DNA of 32,653 bases from positions 1-32,653 of the forward strand of contig NW_021832770.1 in NCBI RefSeq assembly GCF_006345805.1. Reading direction: 5' to 3'. Shown here piece after piece: positions 1 through 11,042 of this stretch. The notes beneath the pieces were generated by a model that did no database searches, was not told the origin of the DNA, and worked only from the letters and a program-made list of their open reading frames with translations. Origin of the DNA: Octopus sinensis (Eukaryota). A program made the translations under genes and the position numbers. How positions within the stretch are numbered: the stretch's first letter is position 1; each line of letters opens with the position of its first letter.

Positions 1-48
1 TTGGCTTGGCTTGGCTTGCTTGGCTTGGCTTGGCTTGGCTTGGCTTGG
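1..48. repeat. (TTGGC)n pentanucleotide microsatellite
   Basis: About 9-10 tandem TTGGC units at the window start. Confidence 0.95.
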
Positions 49-195
49 CAGAAGAAGAATTTTAATTACATAGAGAACTATAGCGTGAAGGCAGCATATA
101 AAAAAAACAGCTCTTCCTCTGTTGTAGGCAGTTTCACTTACTCCGCATTGCAACAAGATGTGTCTTCGTCAAAGCAACTGCTCCTCCGAAGCAAA

Positions 196-303
196 TTAGA
201 TAAAAATTTGAGATATGTGGAACGTCAAAGCTGCTAACAAAATCAGGACAGTAAAAATTTCCGGTAAGGGTTGTTTAACCCTAACGGGGTGACGTGGTGA
301 ACG
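196..303 (-). CDS. Putative terminal coding exon of an unidentified gene (RSPRHPVRVKQPLPEIFTVLILLAALTFHISQIFI*)
   Basis: Strong acceptor tttctttctccag|CGT on the - strand. Phase 0 matches the exon at 454-601. Hydrophobic C-terminus then TAA at 198-196. Confidence 0.5.
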   Translation of the reverse strand, partial: RSPRHPVRVKQPLPEIFTVLILLAALTFHISQIFI

Positions 304-453
304 CTGGAGAAAGAAAGCTTTGTCAAGAGACAGACGGGAATGCATGAACGAAAAGAAATACATTTAGAAATAGATCTATAGTTATTGAGGACAGAATTTC
401 TGTTAGAAATAGAGAACTATGAATATTGAATTATGCATAAAGCGCTGACTTAC

Positions 454-601
454 ATTCGGGGCTTCCAATTTCTCTGTAAAATATAAGATAGTCGCAAAAT
501 CATCGCACATGTCACCATCGATTACAAATGCCGGTGGAAGATAAACGTTCCAGAGGACATTCTTGTTCTTTCGTTCGTACAAGGGTCGTATTATGTTTCG
601 G
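454..601 (-). CDS. Putative internal coding exon (RNIIRPLYERKNKNVLWNVYLPPAFVIDGDMCDDFATILYFTEKLEAPN)
   Basis: Acceptor tattttaag| and donor |gtaagt on the - strand. 148 nt, with only one frame open throughout. Unique-looking sequence, followed by a 150-nt GT-AG intron (453-304). Confidence 0.55.
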
Positions 602-748
602 CTTAAAATAAATTATAGATATAAATATAATGTATAGAAATATATAAAAACCAGAATAGAAAATAAACGTCTTAGGCATATAAAATGAGATAACATGAGA
701 TATCAGGTGTTTTAATTGAAACTTACTAGATATCATAGATTATATATA

Positions 749-3334
749 TCAAGTCATCCAGTCAGTTCTGTCCAATTTTACCTTTTTTTTAGATTTGAAT
801 GAAATTTAATAGTATTTGCAAATGTCTAATTCAATTAAAAATTATTTTTATGCATTTGTGTACGTTTAAACTAATTCAATATTGTTTTACAAAATAATAG
901 ACGGTGTCCACAAAGTCTGCGTACATGGGGATTAACACATACTTTTAAAACAAAACAATTTTATTTAATTATAATGTTAATAAATATATTTCAAAGTGAT
1001 TTCCATCATTTTCAATGCATAACTTGATGCGCCTTGCAAAATTCAGGTGAACTTGATTAAATAAGTCTACATTGCCATCAATTTCAGCACACTGACTGGT
1101 AATGCGTTCTCTCATGTGTTTTAAATCTGTAATCTTTATTGAGTAAACTTTCTCTTTTCTTTCAACATACCCCAGAAAAAGAAATCAAGGGGAGAAAGGT
1201 CTGGTGAACGAGGGGACCATTCCATATGACCCCTTCTTCCAATCTAGTGAGGAGGAAAAGTGTCATTAAATCAATCTCTAACAGTTGTGGCAAAATGGGT
1301 AGGGGCCCCATCCTGCTGAAACCAATTCGGAAGGCCCTCGCCTAGGCGCTCAATTTAAGATATTAATTTGTCTCTCAATATATTTGCATAAGTCTCATCC
1401 GTTACATGTTCAATGAAGAAGGGTCCTAGAACATGATCTTTCCAAAAACCACACCACACCATCACCTTTTTGCTGTCTTGCTGTTTGGATAGATCCATCC
1501 AATGTGGATTACCTCGAGACCAGTATAGAAGATTCTGTCTGTTGACCTCACCATTTACATAAAACGTAGCTTTGTCACTGACAACACAAAGTTTTTCGTA
1601 AAATTGATATTTTCATCCAATTTATCTGAAACCCATTCGCACGTCTACATTCGTCTATCAGGATCGTCTTCATTTAAGTGATGCAATATCTGTAGGTTGT
1701 ATCGATGAAACTTTTCCTCAACCAGCATTTTGTGGATGGTTGGTTTTGGAACACCTAACACCGTAGATGTCCGACGAAGTGATTTTGGGGGGGGGGGGGC
1801 TAGCTAGCAGAAACTTTAGCCTCGACAGCCTCTTTAGTTTCATCTGAAGTCTTTGGTCGCCCGGAACGGGGTTTATTCGAAACACTGCCTGTTTCTTTAA
1901 ATTTCTTGATCAATTTCCTGACGGCAGTAAAATAAATAGGTTGCCTACAAGGGTGTGGAAGATTGAATTCTTCCGCAATTTTGCGATAAGACCATCCCTC
2001 TCGTCCACTTAATAATACTAACTCGATTCTTTCTTCTTTAGACAGATTCATCATTCGATCTGGGATTCTTTCTTCTTTAGACAGAGCCATCATTCGATCA
2101 TCTGTAGAAAAAATAACAAATAAATTTAGAAAAGTAAAGTATTTTTTTTTATTTAATTTAAACAAAAGTAAAAAAGGAAAATTATTATTTCTTATATTTA
2201 TTTGTTTATGTTATGATTTTATTCCATAAACCCAGACTTCGTGGACACCCTAAAATTGCTTTGATTAAAACCCTTTCAACATGGAAGTATCCAAGGAGCA
2301 TTTAAGGCACATATAATTCTTTATGAGTACAATAAAGGTAACTCTGCTGCCGAAGTGACTCGAAACATACACTCAGTTTATGGCAAAGTGCTCGAATGAA
2401 AGAACTTGCAGGAGATCGTCTGCAAAATTGAAGATGAATATCGAACAGGATGTCCAGTTGAGTTTGACAAGCTCCTTGAGGCATTACTTGAAGAAAATCC
2501 GTCATTATCAGTTGAAGAATTGGCAATAAAGCTTACTTCAAACCATACAACAGTTCATCGTCATCTTCAACAACGTGGAAAGATTCCTAAACTTGAAAAT
2601 AGGTGCCTTATGTATTGTCTGAAAGCAACCGCAAATCCCGAGTTGGCATCTGCTCTTCTCTCCATTCTCGCAAACTCATTTCACCCTTTTTTCGATAGAC
2701 TTGTGATGAAAAATGGATTTTCTATCGAAATGTTAGACGTCGTAAACAGTGGCTTGGTAAGAGGGAAAATTCTCAACCACAACCGAGAAGGGAACTTCAT
2801 GGGAAAAAGGTTCTATCTGGTGCGATTGCAAAGGCGTAATTCACTTTATATTGTTACCACCTAATGCAACAATCAATGCTCAAGTCTACTGTCAGCAATT
2901 AGAGCATTTGAACCAAGCTTTGAAGGAAAAAAGAGCCGCTTTAGTGAGTCGAAAACGAGTGATGTTTCATCAGGACAATGCGCAACCCCACATTGCAAAG
3001 ATCACATCACAGAAGATCGAAGGGGTCGGTTTGGAAAAATTTCTTCATCCAACTTATTCTCCCGGCCTTACTCCTTCAGGATACCATTTGTTTCATAGTT
3101 TACAGAATTAGTAGGGGGATACAACTTTCGCAAGCCAGGGGGAGGTCGAACCCGACATTTCAGAGTTCTTCGCTTTCAAACCAAAAGAGTTTTACGTTGA
3201 TGGGATTAAAAAGCTTGTAAATAGATGGAAGTAAGTCATAGATAATTAGGGAAAGTACATTGATGATTAAATATAACATTTGATCACTTGTATTCTTTAT
3301 CCAAAATTCAGACAGAACTTATGGGATGACCTGA
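749..3334 (+). mobile_element. Decayed mariner (DD34D class) DNA transposon, interrupted by a nested DD41D element
   Basis: Imperfect TIRs tcaagtcatccagtcagttctgtcc (749) and gacagaacttatgggatgacctga (to 3334). Frameshifted transposase at about 2282-3270 (MEVSKEHLRH..., HQDNAQPH, YSPGLTPSGYHLF; 34 aa spacing with the last D mutated to G). Confidence 0.9.
900..2252 (-). mobile_element. Decayed Tc1/mariner element of DD41D (rosa/Visitor-type) class nested in the mariner
   Basis: TIRs acggtgtccacaaagtctgcgtacatgg and ccataaacccagacttcgtggacaccct. N-terminal HTH in ORF 1800-2165 (KFKETGSVSNKPRSGRP). WFQQDGAPTH...WSPRSPDLSPLDFFFWG, with D codons at 1310-1312 and 1184-1186 (41 intervening codons). 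Confidence 0.9.
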
Positions 3335-3732
3335 GATATATACACTGGCGAAAATATATTTAAGACAGACGATAAAAGTTCTATTTCTTACAAAATATTT
3401 TGTTACTAACACCATACAAATTATTTTTATCTTTTACACCTTATGCAAAATTTATTTCGCTTTCGAATGATGCCGACAATAACCATTTTTATACAACTTG
3501 AAGAATTCTAATGCTAAATATAATTTTAATGGAGATAACCTGCAGTATATAGTACAACATTTTTGTCTCCGTATATGAGCTAAGTATTAATAAAATGTGG
3601 TATACGATAAAAATTTCGGATATTTGTCTTAAAACATTCAGACAAGAAAATTCAGATGTAGCACATGAGGTATTATTCCATACGAATATCCACATATTTA
3701 TATTAAGAATTTCATGATAAAAATAAGAAATA

Positions 3733-4300
3733 TTGGGTGTGTCCGGAAAGTTCTTGCAGATTTATAGTAGCTTATCTTTCGACTTATTTTAGAACATGTT
3801 TGAGTCCATAAAAGGATTTGACTACACCTCCATTTGGAGCACAGTTTAATCTATCTTTTCGTGGAAGAAGGTTTATGTTCCAATAACCTGTGTTAATTCT
3901 GTAACCCTTTAAATTAAAAGATGAGAAAAATTCATTATCGGCATTTGATGCTTTGGGAACCAGACAAAAATTGCTGCAGCTTGGCTGGGGTGACTTACCC
4001 CCCACCCTCCATATTCACCAGATATTACTCCTTCGGATTTCCACTTATTCAGGTCTCTGCAGAATAGTCTTAATGGTGAAAATTTCAATTCCTTAGATGA
4101 CGTAAAAAGATACCTTGATGAATTATTTGCCTTGAAACCACCCCAATTCTGGGAAGAGGGTATTTTTAAGGTAAAGGTAAGATGGAGACGTATTGTGCAA
4201 CGAAATGGTTCAGATTTGGTTCATTAAAAATGTAATGGCAAGTATTTAGTGACCATGTACTTTCCTTTAAAAATCGGAACGAACTTTCTGGACAACCCAA
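3733..4300 (+). mobile_element. Internally deleted non-autonomous mariner (about 570 bp)
   Basis: TA-flanked TIRs ttgggtgtgtccggaaagttc and gaactttctggacaacccaa. N-terminal KIHYRHLMLW joined directly to C-terminal TRQKLLQLGW...PPYSPDITPSDFHLFRSLQN. Confidence 0.9.
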
Positions 4301-4383
4301 TATAAACATAACAACGAAATACAAATAAAAACATGAAAAATAAAAACCTAAATTGAAAGTGGCGATTAAATTTTTTTCCTAAC

Positions 4384-4512
4384 CTGCAGCCGTTTGTTGT
4401 ACGAAGTATTCGAAATTCAGCCCTCCTTCCTCAGGGTTCCTTTCTCGAGGTAAAATCCAGCAGAAAGCAGTAAGGCACTACATGACGAGTATTCAGTTCT
4501 GTTTTTGAGTAT
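4384..4512 (-). other. Candidate upstream exon of the - strand gene, with no fully open frame
   Basis: Acceptor ttattcatag| and donor AG|gttagg. Its phase-2 end would join the exon at 454-601 (..RILRTTNGC-S-RNII..), but that frame holds one TGA. Confidence 0.25.
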
Positions 4513-4692
4513 CTATGAATAAGTGATTTTATATCACATCCTGATTTTCAAGAGGATTGCCATGTTTAATTAAGAAATCAAAATCATTTAGTTAATCATG
4601 CAATTTTGGGAATATTCCATTTTTTACTGATATATACTACAATAACAAAGAAATTATTTAAGATTTTAGATTTATGCATAAGTATTCTTATG

Positions 4693-4975
4693 GTTCCAAA
4701 ACGCATGGTTCTCAGTTCAGTCCCACTGTGTGGTAACTTGGCATGTGTCTTCTACTATAGCCTGAGACCAACCAAAGCCTTGTCAGTGGATTTTGTAGAC
4801 AGAAACTGAAAGAAATCAATCGTATATATGTATGTATGTATGTAAGTCTGTGTGTGTGTCTTTGTGTTTCTCTCTCATCACTGCTTCACAACTGGTGTTC
4901 GTTTTTTACATCCCCATAACATACTGGTTTCACAAGAAGAAACTGATAGAATAAGTACCAGGCTTATCAAAATTT
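4693..4975 (+). mobile_element. SINE family A (tRNA-derived, internal TA/TG microsatellite), degenerate copy
   Basis: Matches other copies: ttcagtcccactg...ctactatagcc...ccaaagccttgt...gatagaataagtac. Confidence 0.85.
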
Positions 4976-5160
4976 AAAAAGCTCTACGCAGTGTCTCACA
5001 TTTTTGTTGCCCACTCAGTTGTATCTATCAATTTATCTTTGTGTGTGTGTATGTGTACATACATATATATATATGTATGTATATATATATATGGATTTCG
5101 TGGACAGGAACTGAAACAAATCAATCGTATATATATGTATATATGTAAGTGTATGTGTTT

Positions 5161-7862
5161 TAGTATTGGCAACATGAATGACAATGGCCAGAGACTACTT
5201 GAATTTTGCACATACCATAACCTGTGCATCACCAACACATTCTTTCCCAACAAGACATCCCACAAGGCATCTTGGAGACATCCAAGATCTCCCCACTGGC
5301 ATCAGTTGGATCTCATCATTACACGAAGATCCTTTCTGAATTCTGTTCAACTGACCCGTAGCGCGGATTGTGACACAGATCATTCACTAATAAGAAGGGT
5401 GAGGATTCTGCCTAAAAAGTCCATCACTCCAAGAAAATGAGCCAACCACGCATTAACACTGCCAGAATCTCGGACCCTACACTGCAACAATGTTTTGCTG
5501 TTTCTATCAAGGTTGCCCTCAGTAGCGGCCCAACCTCCTCTGCTGAAAGTAGGTGGAATTATATCAAGGAAGCTTCGTATACAACATCAATAGATACTTT
5601 CGGAATGAGAGAAAGGTAAAACCCAGATTTTGTTCAGTGCTGGGCTCTCAGAGCTGGAAACAGTTATCGAAGCAAAGCGTGCAGCTCTGATGCAATACAA
5701 GAGTGTTTCTTCTACAAAGTCACTCGAAGAACTCAGAAAGGCAAGAAATAAAACCCAACTCGCTGCCAGACGCTGTGCAAATGGGTATTGACAGGAAATC
5801 TGTCAGAGTATCCAGTCAGCTGCTGACAGTGGCGACACCCGTGGGATGTATGCCGGTTTGAAGAAGGCCCTCGGTCCATCCGTAACCACCTCAGCCCCTC
5901 TGAAATCAACTACTGGAGATCTCATCAAGGACCAAAGCAAGCAAATGGATACATGGATGGAGTACTACCAGGATCTCTACTCACGAGAGGTAGCTGAGGC
6001 TGCAATCGAGGGTGTCAAGATCTTGCCAGTCATGCGTGAACTTGACAGTCTGCCATCTATAGCAGAGCTCACCAAATCTATTGACTCCCTAGTAAGTAAC
6101 AAGGCTCCGGGAAAAGACGGCATCCCCTTAGAGATCATCAAAACCGGCAAAAACATCATCCTGCTTCGGCACATTCATGAGCTTCTGTGTCAGTGCTGGT
6201 TAGAGGGTACAGTCCCTCAGAATATGCGGGATGCTAACATCATTACGCTTTACAAAAATAAAAGTGACCGTGATGATTGTAACAATTACCGTGGAATATC
6301 TCTTCTAAGCACAGTTGGAAAGGCCTCTACTCGCATTATCCTGTCCAGGCTGCAACTAATTGCTTCTCGAATTTCCCAGAATCGCGGTGTGGCTTTAGAA
6401 GAAGCGATCAACTATTGACATGATATTCTCCATACGCCAACTTCAGAAGTCCAGAGAGCAGAACATGCCATTATATATGGCCTTCATTGATCTGACAAAG
6501 GGCTTTGACTTGGTAAGTAGAAAAAGCCTCTTCATCCTGCTCCAAAAAATCGGATGTTCACCAAAGCTGTTGAGGATCATCAAATCATTCCATGCTAATA
6601 TGCAAGGCACCATACAGCACAATGGTTCAACATCAGCCGCCTTCCAAATAAAAAAATGGGGTAGAGCAAGGTTGTGTCCTTGCTCCTACATTATTTGGCA
6701 TCTTCTCGCTGCTGCTGTCACATGCCTTTGAGACATCAGATGATGGAGTGTTTCTGCACAGTAGAAGTGATGGGAAGCTGTTCAATCTCTCGCGTCTGCG
6801 TGCCAAGACCAAAATCTCAGAAGCGTCCTGATCAAGGAGATGCTATTTGCTGATGATGATGCCGCTCTGGTATCACACACAGAAGAAGCCTACGAAGGCT
6901 CAGCAACTGTTTTGAGCAAGCATTTGGCAACTTTGGCTTAGTTATCAGCCTCAAGAAGACCAACATCATGGGTCAGACTACATCGGACATCCCAAACATA
7001 CATATTGGAGACCACAGAGTATAGGAGGTGGAGAAGTTTACCTATCTTGGCTCTACCGTCACCTACAACCTATCCCTTGATGCTGAGCTCAATATACGCA
7101 TTGGCAAGGCAGCTGCTGTGATGGCTCAACTCACCAAACGCGCATGGGACAACAATAAGCTGACCAAGACCACAAAAATGAAGATTTACCAGGCATGTGT
7201 ACTTAGCACTCTACTGTATGACTTTGACGCCATACTCACGCCATACGACGCCATACGTCGCCTAAATATCTTTCACCTGCGCTGTCTCCGGAAAATCCAT
7301 CGCATCAAATGGCAGAATCATGTCCCTAACAAAGATGTCCTCAAGCAAGCAGGAATACCAATCATGTTTGCACTCTTCACACAAAGACGTATGAGATGGC
7401 TTGGACATGTTAGCCGTATGGAAGATGGCAGAATCCCCAAGGACATACTCAACGGAGAGCTTGCTAGGGGCACTAGGTCTGTGGGAAGACTGTTCTTACG
7501 ATACAAGGATGTTTGCAAAAGGGACATGAATGCCTGCAACATCAAATTACCAACTGGGAAGCAGTTGCCAGCAACCGTGGAGATTGGCGACGTACCGTAA
7601 AAGAGGGAACACAAAGGAGTGACATAGTGAGAAAGGAGAAATGGAAAGACAAGAAAATACGTCAACAAGAAACTATGACATTACAACCAGTCAGGCAAAG
7701 TCTTCGTTACATTTACGGCACCTGCCAGAGGGAGTGTTTGTCCCGGATAGGACTACACAGCCACAGCAAGAGATGTATTAGGACATGAAATGTAAAAGCC
7801 GGACTAGATTATTTTATGCGCAACTCCATTGTCTCCCGAGACAAAAAGGATGCCAACAACAA
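5161..7862 (+). mobile_element. 5'-truncated RTE-clade LINE with disrupted endonuclease/reverse transcriptase ORF
   Basis: APE C-terminus (NDNGQRLLEFC, SWRHPRS.HWHQLD). RT motifs (KAPGKDGIP, NYRGISLLS, AFIDLTKGFD, MLFADD, FTYLGS). C-terminal CQREC..H.H zinc finger and 3' end ...ggatgccaacaacaa. Multiple stops and frameshifts. Confidence 0.95.
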
Positions 7863-7921
7863 TATATATGGATTTCGTAGACAGGAACTGTAACAAATAA
7901 ATCGTATATATATGTATGTAG

Positions 7922-8170
7922 CTTTTTACATTCTGAGATTTAATAATACATTTTAGAGAGTTACTTCCCGTATATAAACCGAGCGAAAATGCATTAAAAA
8001 TGCGGAAAAAATGATGGTAATTTTTTTTTAATCGTAAACTCATCGTAGACGTGCGCTAATACTACTATAAGATACCCGGTTTTGGTTAAACTGCACTGCA
8101 AAATGTGGGAGTTGTTAGGAATCTAAATCGTAGGAGACAGATACACAACCTCTCTTTTATATATAGAGAT
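7922..8170 (-). mobile_element. Helitron-like non-autonomous element, 5' end
   Basis: The - strand begins atctctatatataaaagagaggttgtgtatctgtc, the same start pattern as the element at 32541. Confidence 0.55.
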
Positions 8171-8204
8171 AAACTCAAAGAGCAACTAGAAAGTGAAAGT
8201 AGTA

Positions 8205-8620
8205 TCTAACTTAGGATGTCTCATAGATAGTGGTGGCAATGGTGTTGGAGGTGGTAGATGTGGTTATCATGGCAGCGGTGGTGGTGGTGGTGTAGTGGTG
8301 ACAGTGGATGTGTATGATGGCAGCAATTATAGTGTTGGTGTTTTTGTAGAGGTGGTGGGGTGGTGCGGCGGCAGTGGATGATAATGATATGATGATGATA
8401 GTAGTAGTAGCATTGATTATGTTAGGATGTCTCATGGATGGTAGTGTTGAAGACATTGCAGAGTGTAGTGGGGGTGAAATTGGTGATTTTGAATATGATG
8501 CTGGTATTGGTCTTGGGGTTGTGGTGGTGGCATTGGAGGTTGTAGTAATGGTTGTGGTGGTGGTTGTGAAGATGATTCTGATATTGATAGTCTTTGCATT
8601 GAGGTGGTGGCAGAGTCAGA
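8205..8620. repeat. Degenerate (GGT/GAT)-rich low-complexity tract
   Basis: Decayed trinucleotide repeats. Internal duplicate ttaggatgtctcat.gat.gt at about 8211 and 8422. Confidence 0.8.
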
Positions 8621-9067
8621 GTAAATAATAAGAGCCCAGTTAACAAAAGATTCTTAAAGTTCGGAGATCATAAGATAGAGAGCAAGAAGTTAAAAGTTCC
8701 AATACTGACCCAATTCCTACACCCCAGATTCTTCAACTATTTTATAAGAAAGGGGTTAATGGCAGGATAGGGATTCAGCTTTAAAATAAATTGTATAACA
8801 AAAAATACATAAATAAATTACTGCTCCAACGATGTAATTTTAGTATGTGTGTATGTATGTATGTTTGTGTGTGTGTGTGGTTGTGTGTGTGTGTGTGTGT
8901 AAGCAATGCAAACAATGGAAAATAATTTAAACACGTATTTTCTGATTTCTAAGGATGGATATTTATGCGTATGAATCTTTTTCTTTTTATTTTCTTTCAA
9001 ATATAATTCTAGGGAACTGAAAAAGCTGTGTACGATGCCAAGCGAATTTAGCTATTTACGATGAACG

Positions 9068-9210
9068 GATGTTTACGTCACAAACGAATCTGTAGGTCTG
9101 TTTACATGTTTACGTTAACCACGTCACAAAATAGCTGTTTACGTCACAGTAACAATATTTTGAGAGGCAGTAAATAATATGAGGTCGAAAGAAAGAATAC
9201 CATTGGTTAA
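9068..9210. promoter_or_regulatory. Candidate promoter/enhancer: clustered Forkhead (TGTTTAC), CRE-like (ACGTCACA) and CCAAT sites
   Basis: TGTTTAC at 9070, 9099, 9107 and 9136. ACGTCACA at 9075, 9121 and 9141. ATTGG at 9202. Lies in non-repetitive sequence. Confidence 0.5.
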
Positions 9211-9439
9211 AATTCGAATTATTAAACAACGTTAAACTTAGAAATTACAATTCCGTTTTCATTTTGGTTTACAATTATGTTTTCTTTTGACACATTCTAC
9301 CAGTATACGAAGTCTCAAATTGTTTAGTTAACTAGGAAAATCTGGCCTTCAAACTGAAAAGATCCGATACTAATGAACATAACGAAGAAACAATTAGTAA
9401 TTATCAAACACATGCTCATTACAAATTAATTAGTTGCTG

Positions 9440-9458
9440 ATGCTGCTGCTACTGCTCC

Positions 9459-9491
<33 letters not shown>

Positions 9492-9501
9492 GGTGGTGGT
9501 G
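9440..9501. repeat. Compound (CTG)/(TAG)n/(TGG)n microsatellite
   Basis: Direct reading. Confidence 0.9.
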
Positions 9502-9571
9502 TAACCCCAGGTTAGTTCTGACCGAGCGTGCATGTATGATCAAAAGCATTGCCGCTATGATCAGCCAGTGT

Positions 9572-9985
9572 TTACTTTTTACTCTGTTACTACTTGTTTC
9601 CGTCATTTGACTGCGGCCATGCTGGAGCACCGCCTTTGGTCGAGCAAATCGACCCCAGGACTTATTCTTTGTAAGCCTAGTACTTATTCTATCGGTCTTT
9701 TTTGTCGAACCGCTGAGTTACGGGAACGTAAACACACCAGCATCGGTTGTCAAGCGATGTTGGGGGGACAAACACAGACACACAAACATATACACACACA
9801 TACATATATATATATACATACATATATACGACGGGCTTCTTTCAGTTTCCGTCTACCAAATCCACTCACAAGGCTTTGGTCGGCCCGATGCTATAGTAGA
9901 AGACACTTGCCCAAGGTGCCACACAGTGGGACTGAACCCGGAACCATGTGGTTGGTAAGCAAGCTACTTACCACACAGCCACTCC
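9572..9985 (-). mobile_element. SINE family A, full length
   Basis: Head ggagtggctgtgtggtaag...ggttccgggttcagtccc (A/B-box-like) and tail ...gaaacaagta on the - strand. Confidence 0.9.
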
Positions 9986-10263
9986 CGTACTTATACATTG
10001 TGTATCTAGGACTACATTATGTGATGTTCGGTTTTAGTTTTTTGCATCTTTTTTTTTAAGGTGGTAGGGTGTGATTTGAAGGAGATTTAACTGCTACTAC
10101 TTGCAGGTCAAGGGATCATGTACAGGATTCTCTTTCGTTAACTGAAGGAATGAATATAAAAAAATATATAATAATGATGAACGAAGTCTCCCAGCAGCGA
10201 ATTAGGAACGTGAGCGTGTGTGTGAGTGCATATTATTGTGTGTACATGTATGTGGTGTTTGTT

Positions 10264-10301
<38 letters not shown>

Positions 10302-10314
10302 GTGTGTGTGATGG

Positions 10315-10655
10315 TGATCCCATTCGGTCAGACACTGACCATGGGTTTGCACCTAGAGAGTTACCCTCTGAGGCACAAGTCTGGGTAAGGTTGTTTTATG
10401 GAAGACCAGCAGTCGCCCATGCATACCGGCCTCCCCTCTCCACGTCACCGATGTTGTCCAAGGGAGAGGCAAAGGGGCCGATTCAGCTTGGCACCTGTGA
10501 CGTCACAACTCATTTCTACAGCTGAGTGAACTGGAGCAACGTGAAATAAAGTGTCTTGCTCAAGAACACAACACGCAGCTCGGTCCGGGATTCGAGCTCA
10601 CAACCTCACGATCGTAAGCTCGACGCTCTAACCACTTAGCCACGCGCCTTCACAC
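10315..10655 (-). mobile_element. SINE family G (tRNA-derived)
   Basis: Head ggcgcgtggctaagtggttagagcgtcg...gagctcgaatccc on the - strand. Second copy at 18588-18828. Confidence 0.85.
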
Positions 10656-10669
10656 GTGTGTGTGCATAT

Positions 10670-10880
10670 TTAATATTCATTGTTGATTTTAGTTCCAATC
10701 GTTCCTTTGCGATAGGCCCTTCTAAGCTCAGAGTGCGGAATCATCTTTTCCTCCCAGTCATTGTAACTAGTTCTAACAGTGACTCTCCATGTGTTCCGAT
10801 CCAGATCATCAGTTTCCCAATCACTTTGGTTCATATCTAGTTTCTTCTGGTTTTCCTTCACACAGTCTTTGTGTGCAATT
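10670..10880 (-). mobile_element. RTE LINE ORF 3'-end fragment
   Basis: HKDCVKENQKKLDMNQSDWETDDLDRNTWRVTV resembles YKDVCKRDM..NWEAVASNRGDWRRTV of the RTE at 5161-7862. Confidence 0.65.
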
Positions 10881-11042
10881 ATGTTCTGTTGTCAAAAAAA
10901 CACCAACTGTTTCTTACGACGTGTGTCATATGTCACACAACTCGTATGACAATATATGGACTTAGTTTACAAAAAACATTTCTTCAGAATCAGATTCCAA
11001 AGAGCAAAGATGAAGAAGAAACTTGAATAATATCTCTCACTT

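Noticed and set aside
70-420. 12-bp direct repeat atagagaactat as a TSD
   Set aside because: The enclosed sequence has no TE features and contains the candidate exon, so this is likely chance.
142-601. Resemblance to beta-1,4-galactosyltransferase motifs (IIRP..R......W..YL.P; FGGAVALTK in 142-235)
   Set aside because: Motif spacing is too short and the 142-235 segment is phase-incompatible with the exon at 454-601. The 196-303 exon fits better.
3341-3700. Possible Tc1 terminus (tacactggcg) and small minus-strand exons
   Set aside because: No matching TIR, and no exon with convincing splice sites and compatible phase.
5846-7600. Intact host or domesticated reverse transcriptase gene
   Set aside because: Multiple stops and frameshifts plus 5' truncation mark an ordinary dead RTE copy.
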